DNA of 64,000 bases from Octopus sinensis (taxonomy: Eukaryota): positions 102,858,001-102,922,000 of the forward strand of contig NC_043004.1 of NCBI RefSeq assembly GCF_006345805.1. Reading direction: 5' to 3'. This document shows, one piece after another, positions 36,873 through 50,285 of the stretch. The stretch's first letter is position 1, and every line of letters starts with the position of its first letter. The notes below the pieces were generated by a model, which was not told the DNA's origin, searched no databases, and saw only the letters and a program-made list of their open reading frames with translations. Both the position numbers and the translations under genes were made by a program.

Positions 36873-39658
36873 CTGGATCTGAATTATTGCTGGAAGTGTT
36901 AGCTATCTCTCTCTCAAATTACATCCTACTGTCTCTAGTCCATGATATACAAAAAGGTGGGATGATGAACACGATCAGAATGCTTTGATCAATAGGCCTG
37001 CTCGATCAGATTGACCTTAGGGGACTAAACAATAAACATGTGTCAATCAGACAGGGGGTCCAATTCTTGTTTGGGGGTTTAATAGCAATCGACATCATTA
37101 CTGCCAGATACAATAGTAACAGTGGAATGATGTAACAGAACCTCTAGTAGCAGTGTTAAAGAAACCCAACTATGGAATCAACAAACATGCATTGCCTGTT
37201 GAGTAACAAATTACTTTTACAGGTTGTAGCAGCTTCGTTGTCAAGGAAACAAAGATTGCAATTAACGGAGGTATATTCCTCGAACAAGCTAACAAATTCT
37301 ACCTTCACTTACAAGCCGTAGTAAGCGAGGTGCACACGGTACACACTGCTGTAAGCTGAAATGAGGATTACTTTATATCATCAGCTAATTAGACATGGAG
37401 AACAGACAGGCAACTTTTACTATTCAGATTGCTACTGCAGGCGATGGACTAATTAAATATTGTAAAATAATCCTGATTATTATTATTATTATTATTAAGG
37501 GAGCTCTCTAAAACGATACAGTCGAAGTATTTGCCCTTAAGCAGACCCTTTCACACAGCAGGAGGTCTGTCAGTTAGGGAGGGCAATTCAATTGATAAAA
37601 ACCATGCAGAGGGAGACAGCTTTAACACCCACATAAAAACACCGATGATAGTAAGCTAGGTTGGTGAGGATATGGAGCAAGGGGGGATTCGTAGAAGATA
37701 AATTAGGACAGGAAGGCAAGGAGACCAGTTGGATCTCATTCATAACTTCTAACAATAGACAGTAAGAAAAAATGTTTCTTCATTGGGTAGCTTAAGTGGT
37801 GCTGAAGAGGGAGACTAAATTTTGAAGTGGGGATGGCAAAGAGACATTAGTACAAGGCTGTAAAAGGGGACGTATATACCTAAACTAGTTTACACGCAGT
37901 ACGAAACTTAACATTTTCAAGTGTTTAATACTTCAGCGATTTATTCATCCACCTGCCTCCAGCTTTCAGCCCAAACAAAGTGAGCTGGCATTGATACAGA
38001 TTTAACAAAATGGTGTTAGAAATAATGAAATAAAGCTGGTTTAATCCACGTAGATCTAACCATAAAGGAATGTCTGTCGAGAGAGGAGGGGCAGTTAGTA
38101 ATAATCGAGAGATAAAACGTACAGAAAATTCAGAAATGATGCTAAGCATAACGTCAGAAAGGCATTGGTTAACACAATATAAAATAATTGGAGGTGATTA
38201 ACTTGTATTTTAGACTATCATCCCCCGCACTATTATAGCTCTGGAGTATGTGACGATGACAGCAAATAAATTTAGGTTAGCTATTTATTTAGGCATTTCA
38301 TTAATCAAGAAACAGATAATAACGATAGAGAGGGTTGACGTAAATAGAATTCGCCGCCACCGCCAAAGGATCGTAGATTGGGGAAAATTGTAAAACGACA
38401 TGTGATGAAATAATGGCGACTGGTCCATGCGTAGTTGGTGCAACAACAGAACAAGGCGGATAATAGGAGGCAACTGACGATTTCAACGAGATTAAAAGAC
38501 ATAAACAGTATTATTTATATATATTACACACGTTGAATAAAAATTTAACAGCACAACCGTTTTGCTACATTGGATTATAAAGGAAAAAAAGATGAAGGCA
38601 GAGAGCTTAATGCGAAATGCGTTCTAATGGGTTCTGTACAAGAGCTGGAGGTGAAGCTACTAGTGAAGAGCCATGTAACCAAAACCATCTCTGAAATAAC
38701 TAATGTTAAACGTTATTACAATTATTTCAGTTATTATAACAAAGCTAACAGAACAAAAGAGATGGCCAAAGATGGTCTTCTATGAGATGACAAACCATAT
38801 AGAAAATACTGTGATGTCTTAAAACCTTGTTCAGGAAGTAAATTATATTTTCCCTTTCATCTACCGCTTCCATTACCAAAATATCAATAGTGTGGCGATT
38901 TTTTTTTTTTTTAAATATACTGAGAATAGTAGGAAAGTAAATCAAACGGACTATTAACATTGGAAGAAGAATCTGAAAGTAAAAGAGACTAAACAGAAAA
39001 GAAAAAAAAAATTACAGATGGTGACAGATCGAATCAGAAGAGTCGCAATGGCACCACCACCAGCATTATTGGTTAGCTACAGTAGTAGCAGAAGCAGTAA
39101 TCGTGGTAATAAGAACATAGTAATGAGTTTAGTAGTAGATGTCTATATATAGCCAAACAGTGAGTTACATACACCATGGCGAGAGGTAGATAGATGTACA
39201 GCTCATTACAGTCAGACTAGACAGACACAATCTGACAATATTCCATTGAGAAAAAGTGTGAGTGTGGCAAAGACAGACATTAAATGATAATGATGCTAAT
39301 GATTTTCTTGCCCAATATGAAATAACGATTGCGTTTTGCAGTATGTTTACACATGCACACACATGTGTGTAGGGCTGTATATGTCACTGTCTCATCTCCT
39401 CTGTAAGTAGAGGATAGTACAAACACATTATATATATGTGTGTATGTATAATATATATACATACAGACACATATGTACGGGTGTATACACACACACACAT
39501 TAGGTACTCATAAAAATAAGAGCCAGCAATAGAAATCAATAATGCTAAATGGCTACGTAGACAGAGAGAGAAAGAGAGAGAGAGGCTTTCAGCAATTACA
39601 ATCTGACCGATCACACATACATAAGTATATGCATGTCTGTCTCTCAAATACGTACGTA

Positions 39659-39713
<55 letters not shown>

Positions 39714-41335
39714 GGATAAATTGGCTTTTGTAGTTCTTGAATCAGTAACAAAAAAAACAACATATTAATACCTGTTGAGGAAATTAGTTATATTTCATTA
39801 CTTAAGAAGGTAATATTAAATATTAAATATATATATATATATATATAATATATATATACACCCACTATATATACATATATAATGTATGTGTGTATGTATA
39901 CACACTTCGCATATGTGAATTGTATACATGTATGTTCTGTATATTCGCACTCATGCGAATGTGTGTATATATATAAATATAAATATATATATATATAAAA
40001 TGTATATGTATACACTGTTGTATACATTCAAGTCTCAAATTGCGTGTTTAATTCAAAACATAATTGTTGTTTTGGATCATAGTTCAATGAACAATGGATG
40101 ATTTGAGTGAAGAGAAGATAATATATTGTGTTTTGATCTGGACATTAGAATCACCCAATTAAACTGACCTTACCCAGAGGTCGGGCTTAATGGGTGCATT
40201 GAGAGTGTGAGATAGGGTTAAGAAATCAGAATTTTATAATATATATTCCTGTAGCCAACGTGTAAATGCGTTTATGTGTATTTCTTTAGCCCCAAATCAG
40301 CACTGATTAAGCTAGAAATATCAGCCAAATTAAAGGCGTTCCAGTCGTAACCATCGCGACCGTTTGTACATTTAAGACCTTAGAACAGAATTGTTTAATG
40401 AATCCTTTAAGGAAGAGGAGGGAGGGACGATATGGTGTGATGTGATATGATATGATATGAGGACTTGGCTGCTATTTCTAGCAAATCGAGCGACCACACA
40501 GACACCCGTCATTGCTTATACACGAATGTTTCCGTCAGTAAGAATTATGGGGATAATATAGATTATATAATGCTGTAGGTGTTCTCTGTAACAACAGATT
40601 GGATATTACAGAACGGGGTACATGTATGTGCTCTATGGCTAAGTAAATGTACGTATGTACATACGTAAGACTATAGATTTTGAAGCAAATATCACCAACT
40701 GGCTAATCAATAATTAAACTGAGCTATCGATGAAACCACACTGATATATATATATATATATATTAGTAGAATGATTACAGCTCGGTGCCAGACACCACCA
40801 AACCGTGATTGTGCTCATTATGCGTAATGAATGTATACAGGTATCTGTATTTGAGTAACAGGAGTTATTGAAATGGGAAATACAAGACTATCCCAAAAAT
40901 GGTGATGATGTAACGTCAACTGAACAGAAAAAAAAGATAACAAGAAATACAGTATACTACTGTAACTATGTATGAACAAGGAGCATATATACAAGGGACT
41001 TCGACTTGCTAGATATAGCAGCCAAAATTCTCATATCCTCCCCGTCAAAAGAGTATGTGAGAATATATTATAGTCATAGACAGTCACAACTTAGGTGTAC
41101 TAAACTAAGATTGATGATTTAGGACTAACAGACAATAGATAATCAAACAACGATGTCTACTACGAATTTGTACCCAATCTACCTTATTATCTTCAATATA
41201 TAGACATTCACACTATGCAATTTTTAGAAATATGAAGAAAAAAATGTGGCAGAAAGCAAGTACCGTTAAGTAAAGCTAGGTAACGGTTTAACTAAAAAAA
41301 TATATATTTTTATATTAAATATATTATATATTTAC

Positions 41336-41383
41336 CTGAACAGAAGCTCCACAACCGTTCTCCTTACTGTTTTTCCCCGGAAT
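41336..41383 (-). CDS. Regulatory uORF (uCC), 5' part, AUU-initiated: (I/M)PGKNSKENGCGASVQ
   Basis: ggcaag ATT CCG, with A at -3. Exactly 16 codons to the donor, phase 0, matching the phase-0 acceptor at 24376. Confidence 0.8.
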
Positions 41384-41515
41384 CTTGCCGATTGTGGACT
41401 AACACATTAAAGCATAATACAGCCAAAGGAAGAGTTGAGACACCGGCGTAAGAAAGAAAAACGTAATTGATTTGCCTTCGACTTCCTATCAGTGTGTGAC
41501 ACCGGTGAAATAGGC
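41336..41515 (-). other. Distal first exon of ODC (5' end approximate)
   Basis: Donor CAG|gtaaat at 41335. Contains the AUU-CCG uCC start. TATATAAG about 30 nt upstream of the inferred 5' end. An alternative TTAGT initiator-like site lies at about 41400. Confidence 0.75.
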
Positions 41516-41536
41516 TGCGCACAGGTCATGGAAAAT

Positions 41537-41544
41537 CTTATATA
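41537..41544 (-). promoter_or_regulatory. TATA box (TATATAAG) of the putative distal ODC promoter
   Basis: Lies 28-33 nt upstream of initiator-like adenines (CTATTTC at 41511), within CpG-containing sequence. Confidence 0.45.
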
Positions 41545-42445
41545 CGACGCCGCGCATGTATACAAATGTGAGTAGTCTAGCGGAAGAACAAAGTGATTTA
41601 GCGGGGGGTGTAGGAGATTAAAACATAGATCTGAGAGAAATTTAGAAAAATATTAAAACGAGAGAATGCTGATAAAAGTTCTAACAGGTAAAAGTAATCG
41701 TAAAAGAAATTAAAAGCTTACGATGCATTGCACTACGAGACTATAAGCGTGGTTATGTATGTAATAATGTGCTACTTTTCTCTCTTTCTCACTTACTCCT
41801 TTTCTTTCTTATCTCATTAGCTGTCTGTCTCTCTCTCTTATCTCATTAGCTGTCTGTCTGTCCTCTCTCTCTTTATCCCATTGTGTTCTTCCTCATTTTT
41901 TTTTTTCTCTTTATGTCTTTCTACATTTCTCTCTCTCTCTAGCTTCCTCGTTTTTCTCTCTTCCGGTCTCTCTTAAACACACACACACACACACACACAC
42001 TCTCTCTCTCTTTCTCTCTACTTTGATCTTAGACTTTAAAATTTCCTCTTCTCCCTCTTTCCCTCCTTCCTCTCACTCTTTCTCCTTTTCCTTCCCTCTC
42101 TCTCTTCCCCTCTCTCTCTTCCCCTCTCTCTCTTCCCCTCTCTCTCTTCCCCTCTCTCTCTTCCCCTCCCTCTCTCTCTCTTTATAATAATTCGGCTTTT
42201 CTTCTCCCAATTCAGATGTCCCTCCTTATCTCACTTATAACACTCTACAATCTCCCTTCTCTGCATCGGTCACTTCTGGTACACTGCCGCTTTCTCGACC
42301 TTTTTCATTCCGCTCCCTCCCTCTGTTTCTCCTAGTAAATACTTGTATACATTATTTTACACATGCATACACAAACACAAACACACATGTAATAATATCA
42401 ATAAATTATGAATTAATATAATTTCAATGATACACGCAAATACAT

Positions 42446-42545
42446 NNNNNNNNNNNNNNNNNNNNNNNNNNNNNNNNNNNNNNNNNNNNNNNNNNNNNNN
42501 NNNNNNNNNNNNNNNNNNNNNNNNNNNNNNNNNNNNNNNNNNNNN
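42446..42545. other. Assembly gap (100 N) flanked by microsatellites
   Basis: Run of N. Confidence 1.
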
Positions 42546-42672
42546 ATGTATGTATGTATGTATGTATGTATATATATGAGCGTCCAATAATACTTTATTT
42601 GTTCCACGTCCTTGCATTGTTGTCTTTTTGTTTTCTTTGTTTGGATTAACTATATATAATATTATATATATA

Positions 42673-42729
<57 letters not shown>

Positions 42730-42739
42730 ATATATATGC

Positions 42740-42895
42740 GACGGGATTCTTTGAGTTTCCGTCTACCAAATACATTCACAAGGCTTTGGTCGGCCGAGGA
42801 TACAGTGAAAAACATTTGCCCATGGTGCCACGCAGTGGGACTGAACTCGGAACCACGTGGTTGAGAAGCAAGCTTCTTACTACATAGCCACTCCT
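42740..42895 (-). mobile_element. Family A SINE, 5' half, adjoining (TA)n
   Basis: Head and B-box segment match the 19255 copy. Confidence 0.8.
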
Positions 42896-44448
42896 TATAT
42901 ATATAACTAATTTTGTTAGAACACCGAATACCGCGTTATTAACCCCGAGAGAACCTCTCATATAAACTCGCCATGTATAAAAGAACTCGTTTTTATATCA
43001 TTGACAGACGAGAACCGTCTGCTACCAGAAAAGTGGTTTCGACTTGTTTGAGGTTCCTCAATAGAAGACATCCGGTAGTAATATAACAACCAAATTTCAC
43101 TTTCGATTATTAAAGAATAATTAATTAATAGCAAGAGAACTAATACTAACACCAACAAATAGTTTTAAGTTCAACTTAACGTGGCTGTTTCGTTAGAACA
43201 CCAAATACTGCGTTTTTAACCCAGAGAGAACCCTTCATATGGAATCGTGGTGCATAAAGAGACTCGTATTTATATCATTGACAGATGAGAATCACCTGAA
43301 AAGACACCGGAATTCTACATATCATTGACAGTTCCGGCGGCTGCGTATGTATGTATGTATGTATTGTATTGTATATATGTAAGTATATGCACAACTAGGC
43401 CCCTTGCCCAGTCCCTAATCTCTCGACAATCTCACCAGCCTTCATCTCGATACCACTTACCTTTCTCAATACCCGGAAACATTTCACTCGATATCTGTCT
43501 CTCATCTTTAATACTGTTTGTTCATTGCACATTGACCATCACCGACCACTATCCTGACCCACCATAACAACTCACCTTCCTCGCCAAGAAATGCCCCGCA
43601 CTCCACCCATGCACTACCTCTCCTTTTCCTACGCTCTTGTAACCGACCAAATCACTCATCACTCTGTCTGTTTCTGTCTGTCTATCTGTCTGTCTGTTTG
43701 TCTGCTTCTGTCTGTCTGTCTCTCTCTCTTTCTCTCTCTTCTCTCATCCTTCCATTGTTAATTGTATTGTCATTACTATTCTACTCTCTAGCCCCATGCA
43801 ACATTGGTCACCCCACCTTTTGTCCACCATTTGCTACATCCATCCCATAATGTTATCCAATCTCTACAGTTGTCAACTACCCTTCCTCATCTCCCCTACT
43901 TCTTATCATCCATTCAACATTCGTCCTTCATTATATTCGCCCTGTCACCCATTCCCCAATTCTAACCATCGCTTACTCTTTCATACACTCTTGTAACAAC
44001 TGTCCGCTCACACTCTCGGTTCTTCTCTCTCCATTCACCTCTCCTCACCTTGTTTCTTGAGGCTTCACACAAAAGTCTCATCACCAATATTTTATCATCA
44101 CTTCCTCCGATCTCCACCGAAAATCCCTTCGTCCTCTCTTCCACAATTTGAGTAGCCATGTGCTACCTTTACAGCAAGAATATTATTTTCCCCTGGCCTC
44201 TTCTCTAAACTTTAACCGCCTCATCTTTTAGCGTAAAACTGCATCTCTTGGGGTTTCGAAGTCTTGCAAGCATTAGTACTGGTAGTACGATTAAAAATTC
44301 CTAGTACATGCTGTAAAGCAACTGATATGAGGAACAGTAACGAGCCGTAGAAACCATACCAAGGTAATCGGTGGAACCTTATGCAGTTCTTAGCCCAGTC
44401 GGATTCTGTCAAACTCACCAAACCACGCCAGTATGGGAAATGATTATA

Positions 44449-44837
44449 TCTTTATATATAAAAGTCAAGTTGTGTGTCTGTCTCCTACGATTTAGATTCC
44501 TAACTACTTCCACATTTTGCGGTGCAGTTTAACCAAAACCGGGTATCTTATTGTCGCGATTCATATCGAGCCCTTCTGGGTATTAGCGCGCGTCTACGAT
44601 GAGTCTACGATTTAAAAAAAAATTTACCATAATTTTTTTTCCATTTTAATGCATTTTTTTCGCTATTATATAAGGGAAGTAACTCTCTAAAAATGTCTAC
44701 GATGAGTCAACGATTAAAACAAAATTTAACATAATTTTTTTTTCCATTTTTTTGCTATTTTTTGGCTATAACTCTCTAAAAATGCTTATATAGTTATTTC
44801 CCTTACAAACCCGAGCAACGCCGGGCGATACTGCTAG
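44449..44837 (+). mobile_element. Non-autonomous Helitron-like element
   Basis: A|TC ... CTAG|T, same family as 31364, with an internal duplication. Confidence 0.85.
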
Positions 44838-44901
44838 TAGATTATAAAGATATTATAGATTATATTTTAATATAATATTACAATGTGCGCGCGCGCGTGT
44901 A

Positions 44902-44933
<32 letters not shown>

Positions 44934-45704
44934 CGCGACGTGCCGGCAGAATCGCTAGCACGCTGGGCAAAATGCTGTGGCATTTTGTCCGTCTTTGCGT
45001 TCTATGTTCAAATTCCGCAGAGGTCGACTTTGCCTTTCATTATTTAGGGGTCGATGAAATAAGTACCAGTTAAGCACTGTAACTGATTAAACCTTCCACC
45101 ATAATTTCAAATCTTGTGTTTATAGTAGAAAGGAATATATATACATACATATAATTGAAAACGAAGAGGAGAGTGGAGATTTATTCACATCTAAAACTTT
45201 TATGAAATCACCACCACCACCATCATCAACATCGTCACCGTCGCCTCCGCCTCTATCACAACTACAGCTCATACTATTACTATCACCCCATTACCATCTC
45301 AACTGTCAATCTACTACTGCCCTCACCGTCTCTATGCCTACTATTACTCTCACTCCAACATGAGGAATAGTAGAAGTGTCATTGAGTAGTGACACACAGA
45401 AATTCGTGTTGGCATTTATTATTATAGACGACCAACAATTTTGGCCTTATAATCACCTCTACTGTTATTACAGTTGAATTGGGGTTCATAAAATGTTCAT
45501 TCATATTACAATCAATTGTAGCAGATTTGTTTACATTTTACTGTATGGAGTACATTATTCATTCACTAGTAATTCACTTACGTTTGGGTTTATACCCTCA
45601 ATTAATATTATTATTGTTCAGTTCTATATTTAAGAGATGAGGAATTATGTACATTATTTACATTTGACGGATATTTGTTGTGACTAGTTCTAAATGATTC
45701 TTTA

Positions 45705-46680
45705 CGTTGATTATGTTACCAGAATATAACTTTAGGTCATCAACATAAAAATGCATGGGTGACATTAATTTCATTCTTTTCTGCATATCCCATCATGCAG
45801 CCTTGGCATTTTGTTAACAGGGCTGACAAAAGGTTCACTACCAGTACAAACAACATTACAGATAAACTGTCACCCTGGAATATGCCTGTTGATAGCTTAC
45901 GAGCTATCGTGATTCTGCTTGTTACAATAAGTGTTGTTTTAGTAGCAGTCAATGATAACTGTGTGGACCATTTTGTGGTCAGTCTTTCAGTGGCATTCAC
46001 TATAATAAATTTCTTTATTGGCCACACAGGGCTGCACACAGATGGGGCAAGTTACAAGGTAGAGCTTTTCTTTTAGGGGATGAAAAAAAAAAGGGTGGCG
46101 TAGGTTTTCGATCAAAAGAGATCGTAAAAGGGAAAAAAGAACAAAAAAAAAGGAAAAGAAAAAAGAAAAAAGGGAAAAGGAACAAAGGAAAAGAAAAATG
46201 AAAAAGAAGAAAAAAGAGGAAAAAAGGGGAAAGGAAAAAGAAAACGATCAATAGGGATCGTGTATCACAGTGTCATGATGTATGGTGTAAAGGGGAAAGC
46301 AAGTAAGGTTTATCCGTGGGAAGAAAAGCCTACGAAAAAGACCACGGTAACCTTGGTCAATATTGTTATATGTTAGCTAGTACTTAGGCAAGGTGTAGTG
46401 ATTCTATCATCCACGAATGAGGGACAGAGTCGAACGCCTCCTTATAGTCTAGCCATATTGTTAAGAGATTACGGTGATGTTGCTTGGCTCCCTTAAGGAC
46501 AGCTTTGTTGGGGAGAGGCTGTTCATCACAGCTCCAGACTCCTCTCTTTCCTTCTGCCCGTTTATCAGTTATCACACCATTTATTTGTCAGTGGCCTTGG
46601 AAAAAACATATTCAGACAACCTGTGTACATTGTGTCCATAACGTTCAAGCATGCTATGGACCTATAGTTTTTGGTAACAT
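45705..46680 (-). pseudogene. R4/Dong-like non-LTR retrotransposon reverse transcriptase fragment, interrupted at ~46040-46383
   Basis: PKNYRSIACL; WLDYKEAFDSVPHSW; GIFQGDSLS motifs, with stops and frameshifts. Confidence 0.85.
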
Positions 46681-46691
46681 GGGTGTATGCA

Positions 46692-46744
<53 letters not shown>

Positions 46745-46761
46745 GTGTACATATGCACTTG

Positions 46762-46973
46762 ACTCTCTTTTACTCTTTTACTCTTTTACTTGTTTCAGTC
46801 ATTTGACTGCGGCCATGCTGGAGCACCGCCTTTAGTCGAGCAAATTGACCCCGGGACTTATTCTTTGTAAACCCAATACTTATTCTATTGGTCTCTTTTG
46901 CCGCACCGCTAAGTGACGGGGACGTAAACACACCAGCATCGGTTGTCAAGCGATGCTAGAGGGACAAACACAG

Positions 46974-47032
<59 letters not shown>

Positions 47033-47186
47033 CGACAGGCTTCTTTCAGTTTCCGTCTACCAAATCCACTCACAAGGTCAGCCCGAGGCTATAGTAGAAG
47101 ACACTTGCCCAAGGTGCCACGCAGTGGGACTGAACCCGGAACCATGTGGTTGGTTAGCAAGCTACTTACCACACAGCCACTCCTGC
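46762..47186 (-). mobile_element. Family A SINE, full length, with (ACTCTTT)n tail
   Basis: Reverse complement of the 19255 copy. Confidence 0.85.
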
Positions 47187-48257
47187 TTACTAAATTTTTG
47201 TCTTAGTTACTTTAAACAGCCTGCTGCCTTTCTGTCTGTCATTTAGTCATGCTTTCACTTGATCAAGTATAATTACATTTTTTTGTAACATTTAATGCTT
47301 CCTAAAATATTGTTTCGGTTCTGATTTATAACGAATACTATCTCATAAGGTTTGCTGCTAGATAAAGCTTGTCTGTGACTACAAACAAACATTACATAGA
47401 TCAGTTACTGAAAATTTACCGGTGAGATCAGTGTTCGCTTATAGATAAGATAAAAACAAAATTACTTCTTGTTTCTCTTGTCATGAGAGAGCAATTAGTA
47501 TAAATGAGGAAGTTATTTAAGATAACAACGGAAAACATCCTTCTTGGGAAGTTTCATGCACAAACTGCATAGAGAATCAGGATATGTATATAAAATAAGA
47601 CAATTTCAAAGATCTCTTTCTTTTCTCTTTGACAGATAATGAAAAAGATGTTATTCTTAAAGCATTACCTTAAATCCTTAAATCCCTAAAAATGTTTTAG
47701 CCCGAAGGCCGCAGCCAAGCTGGGGCACCTTGATGATAGAAAATATTTGTCAGATTTGTTGTTGCTGCCATTTTTGATTCGACTGTCCTGGAATACTTTT
47801 CATTTCAAGAATGACAGTTCCTGTTCATGACCTTGTAATTAAGTAGTTCCCGTAATCATATGCTTCTGGGTTCTACTACCGGCTCAGGTCGGCGCAACCT
47901 TTGTTAGTGAAACTGAGTAAACGGATACCGTGATAAAAGCCTGTCGGATAACTTTAATAGTTCTTGGGTGGAAGACTTAATCCGTTACCCGGTTTAATAC
48001 AACCACTTCTCGTTATGCATCGTTAGCATAATCCACTCTGATGCAAGTATTCAGATCGAGTGTCTGAGTTGAGGATACCAGAGACTCGTGGTTTATTCCT
48101 ACTTTTCTTCCTACCAGTTTCAAAGGCTCTGCAAAATGGTAATAAGCATTGCCCTTCTTCTAAGTCATAAAAAAGCAAATTATTATGGATGAGATAAGCT
48201 ATCTCCTTGCGGAGATCTCTGTGTTTGGCCAAGTTAGTTAATTTTTAAACAGAGAAA

Positions 48258-48653
48258 TCTTTATATATAAAAGTAAGGTTGTGCTGTCTGTCTCCTACGA
48301 TTTAGATTCCTAACTACTCCCACATTTTGCGGTGCAGTTTAACCAAAACCGGGTATCTTATAGTCGTGATTCATATCGAGCCCTTCTGGGTATTAGCGCG
48401 CGTCTACGATGAGTCTACGATTTAAAAAAAGATTTACCATAATTTTTTTCCATTTTAATGCATTTTTTCGCTATTATATAAGGGAAGTAACTCCCTAAAA
48501 ATGTCTACGATTAGTCAACGATTTAAAAAAAATTTACCATAATTTGTTTTCCATTTTTAATGCATTTTTTGGCTTTTTTGGCTATATCTCTCTAAAAATG
48601 CTTATATAGTTATTTCCCTTACAAACCCGAGCAACGCCGGGCGATACTGCTAG
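48258..48653 (+). mobile_element. Non-autonomous Helitron-like element
   Basis: A|TC ... CTAG|T, with the same internal duplication as 44449. Confidence 0.85.
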
Positions 48654-50012
48654 TTACAAATAAACCAAAATCTCATTTTCATCATCAGAAGAGATATGGA
48701 AAATTTTAAATGTCCTTTTTCAGCGATTGTTTTTAATCAACGGTAACCAAGAAGAGATGATAAGAAACAGAAACGAATGTTGTGATGTTTATACTTTTCC
48801 TTATCTCTTACACTACATATTATGGTGAGTTTTCGACGAATCCTTTACGCTACTTGGTCCCACCCAGTTCCTGCCAAGACTCGCTTTATTTTTATTGAAA
48901 AATTCACTGGGAAAAGTATGAACGCTCGCAACTCACCATTACATGAAAATCAACAGCATTGCAGTTTGTGTAAAAATCAGTTGTCAAAATAATTTTGTTA
49001 AAAATTTATTATTTTGTAAACTTATTTTATCTGAAGCTATCAGGCTTTGTATCTTTTCTCTCTTACGAATACGGATAGGTTTTGACAATTCAATTTAATA
49101 GCAGTTTACACTGCTAGAAGTTTTATATAGTAAATTGCACTACTGCAAGACGGAAAACTAACCATGCTTGCCACGGCACACAACTTCAGAATATAGGGCC
49201 AACTGCTAAGAAATGAAATTAACAATTTACCCCGAAGACATTTTTGTTCATACGCACGCATGGAGCTCGAAGTTTTTAAGACTGGGAAAACTTTTAGAGC
49301 TGAAGAAAGTTGTGGATTCGTGCATTTCCCAAAGGCATCATTGATGTAAGTGAAACGAAGCTGTTCAAAATGGAAAATGAAATAAGTTGGCAACCCTAGC
49401 TGATCGAAAACATTCTGTCATGCTGTCAGTAAAACACTGACACATAGGAGATAGGCATAAAGCTTAAGCATTTTGAAGAACTAGAAAAGATGGCGACTCA
49501 CCATGGCTAGTCGACCTTTTGCAATAGTTTAGCTAACTGCACACACACACAAACGTACGAGTGCATATCTTTTAGCAGCATAAACTGTTATTAAATTAAA
49601 TTGATGACAGCTTTTCATATCAAATGGGTAAAGACACAAAACCTGACTTCACTTGATACCTTTATTCGTTTCCTACATTTCAGTGAGGAAGCATCTAAGT
49701 GGCTACTCCACCCGCAAGAAACAGCAGCTAATTTCGCTTCAGATTACACTAGGACGTCTGTAACAAGACAAATAACTTTTCTCTGCTAACGCAAAGAAAA
49801 TTTAATAAATCGGATCTGGAAACATGGTGTTACCTGCATAACAAAAATAGCGAGACAATGTGAGATGTGACATGCGCATTTCGTTTTTATTATTCTCTGC
49901 CGTTTTCCGAATCTAGTGTGCACATGCGCATGGCATGTTCATATTTCTCTTTTCGGTGTTCCTATGTCTGTATGTATGTATGTATGTATGTATGTATGTA
50001 TGTATGTATAAT

Positions 50013-50285
50013 GGCGCATCATGGTCTAGTGGTTAGGATGTTGCACTCAGGACCGCGAGATGGTAGTTTCAATTCCTGGATCGGGTGGTGCGTTCTGTTC
50101 TTGAGCAAAACACTTCATTTTACGTTGCTCTGCGATCACTTCGACACCTGACGTGTGGTACGCAGTGCACCTGTTCAGGTAACACCGATTTGATGGAGGG
50201 AATAAGCTAATGCACAGTACATTAATTTGATTACTATAAACAGTCATTTGTGCAGTTTCAGCAAGGAACTGCAGAATCGTCTCGG
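50013..50285 (+). mobile_element. tRNA-derived SINE, another family (diverged relative at ~62341-62490)
   Basis: tggtctagtggttagg A box, gtttcaattcc B box, followed by ttcttgagcaaaacactt. Confidence 0.6.
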
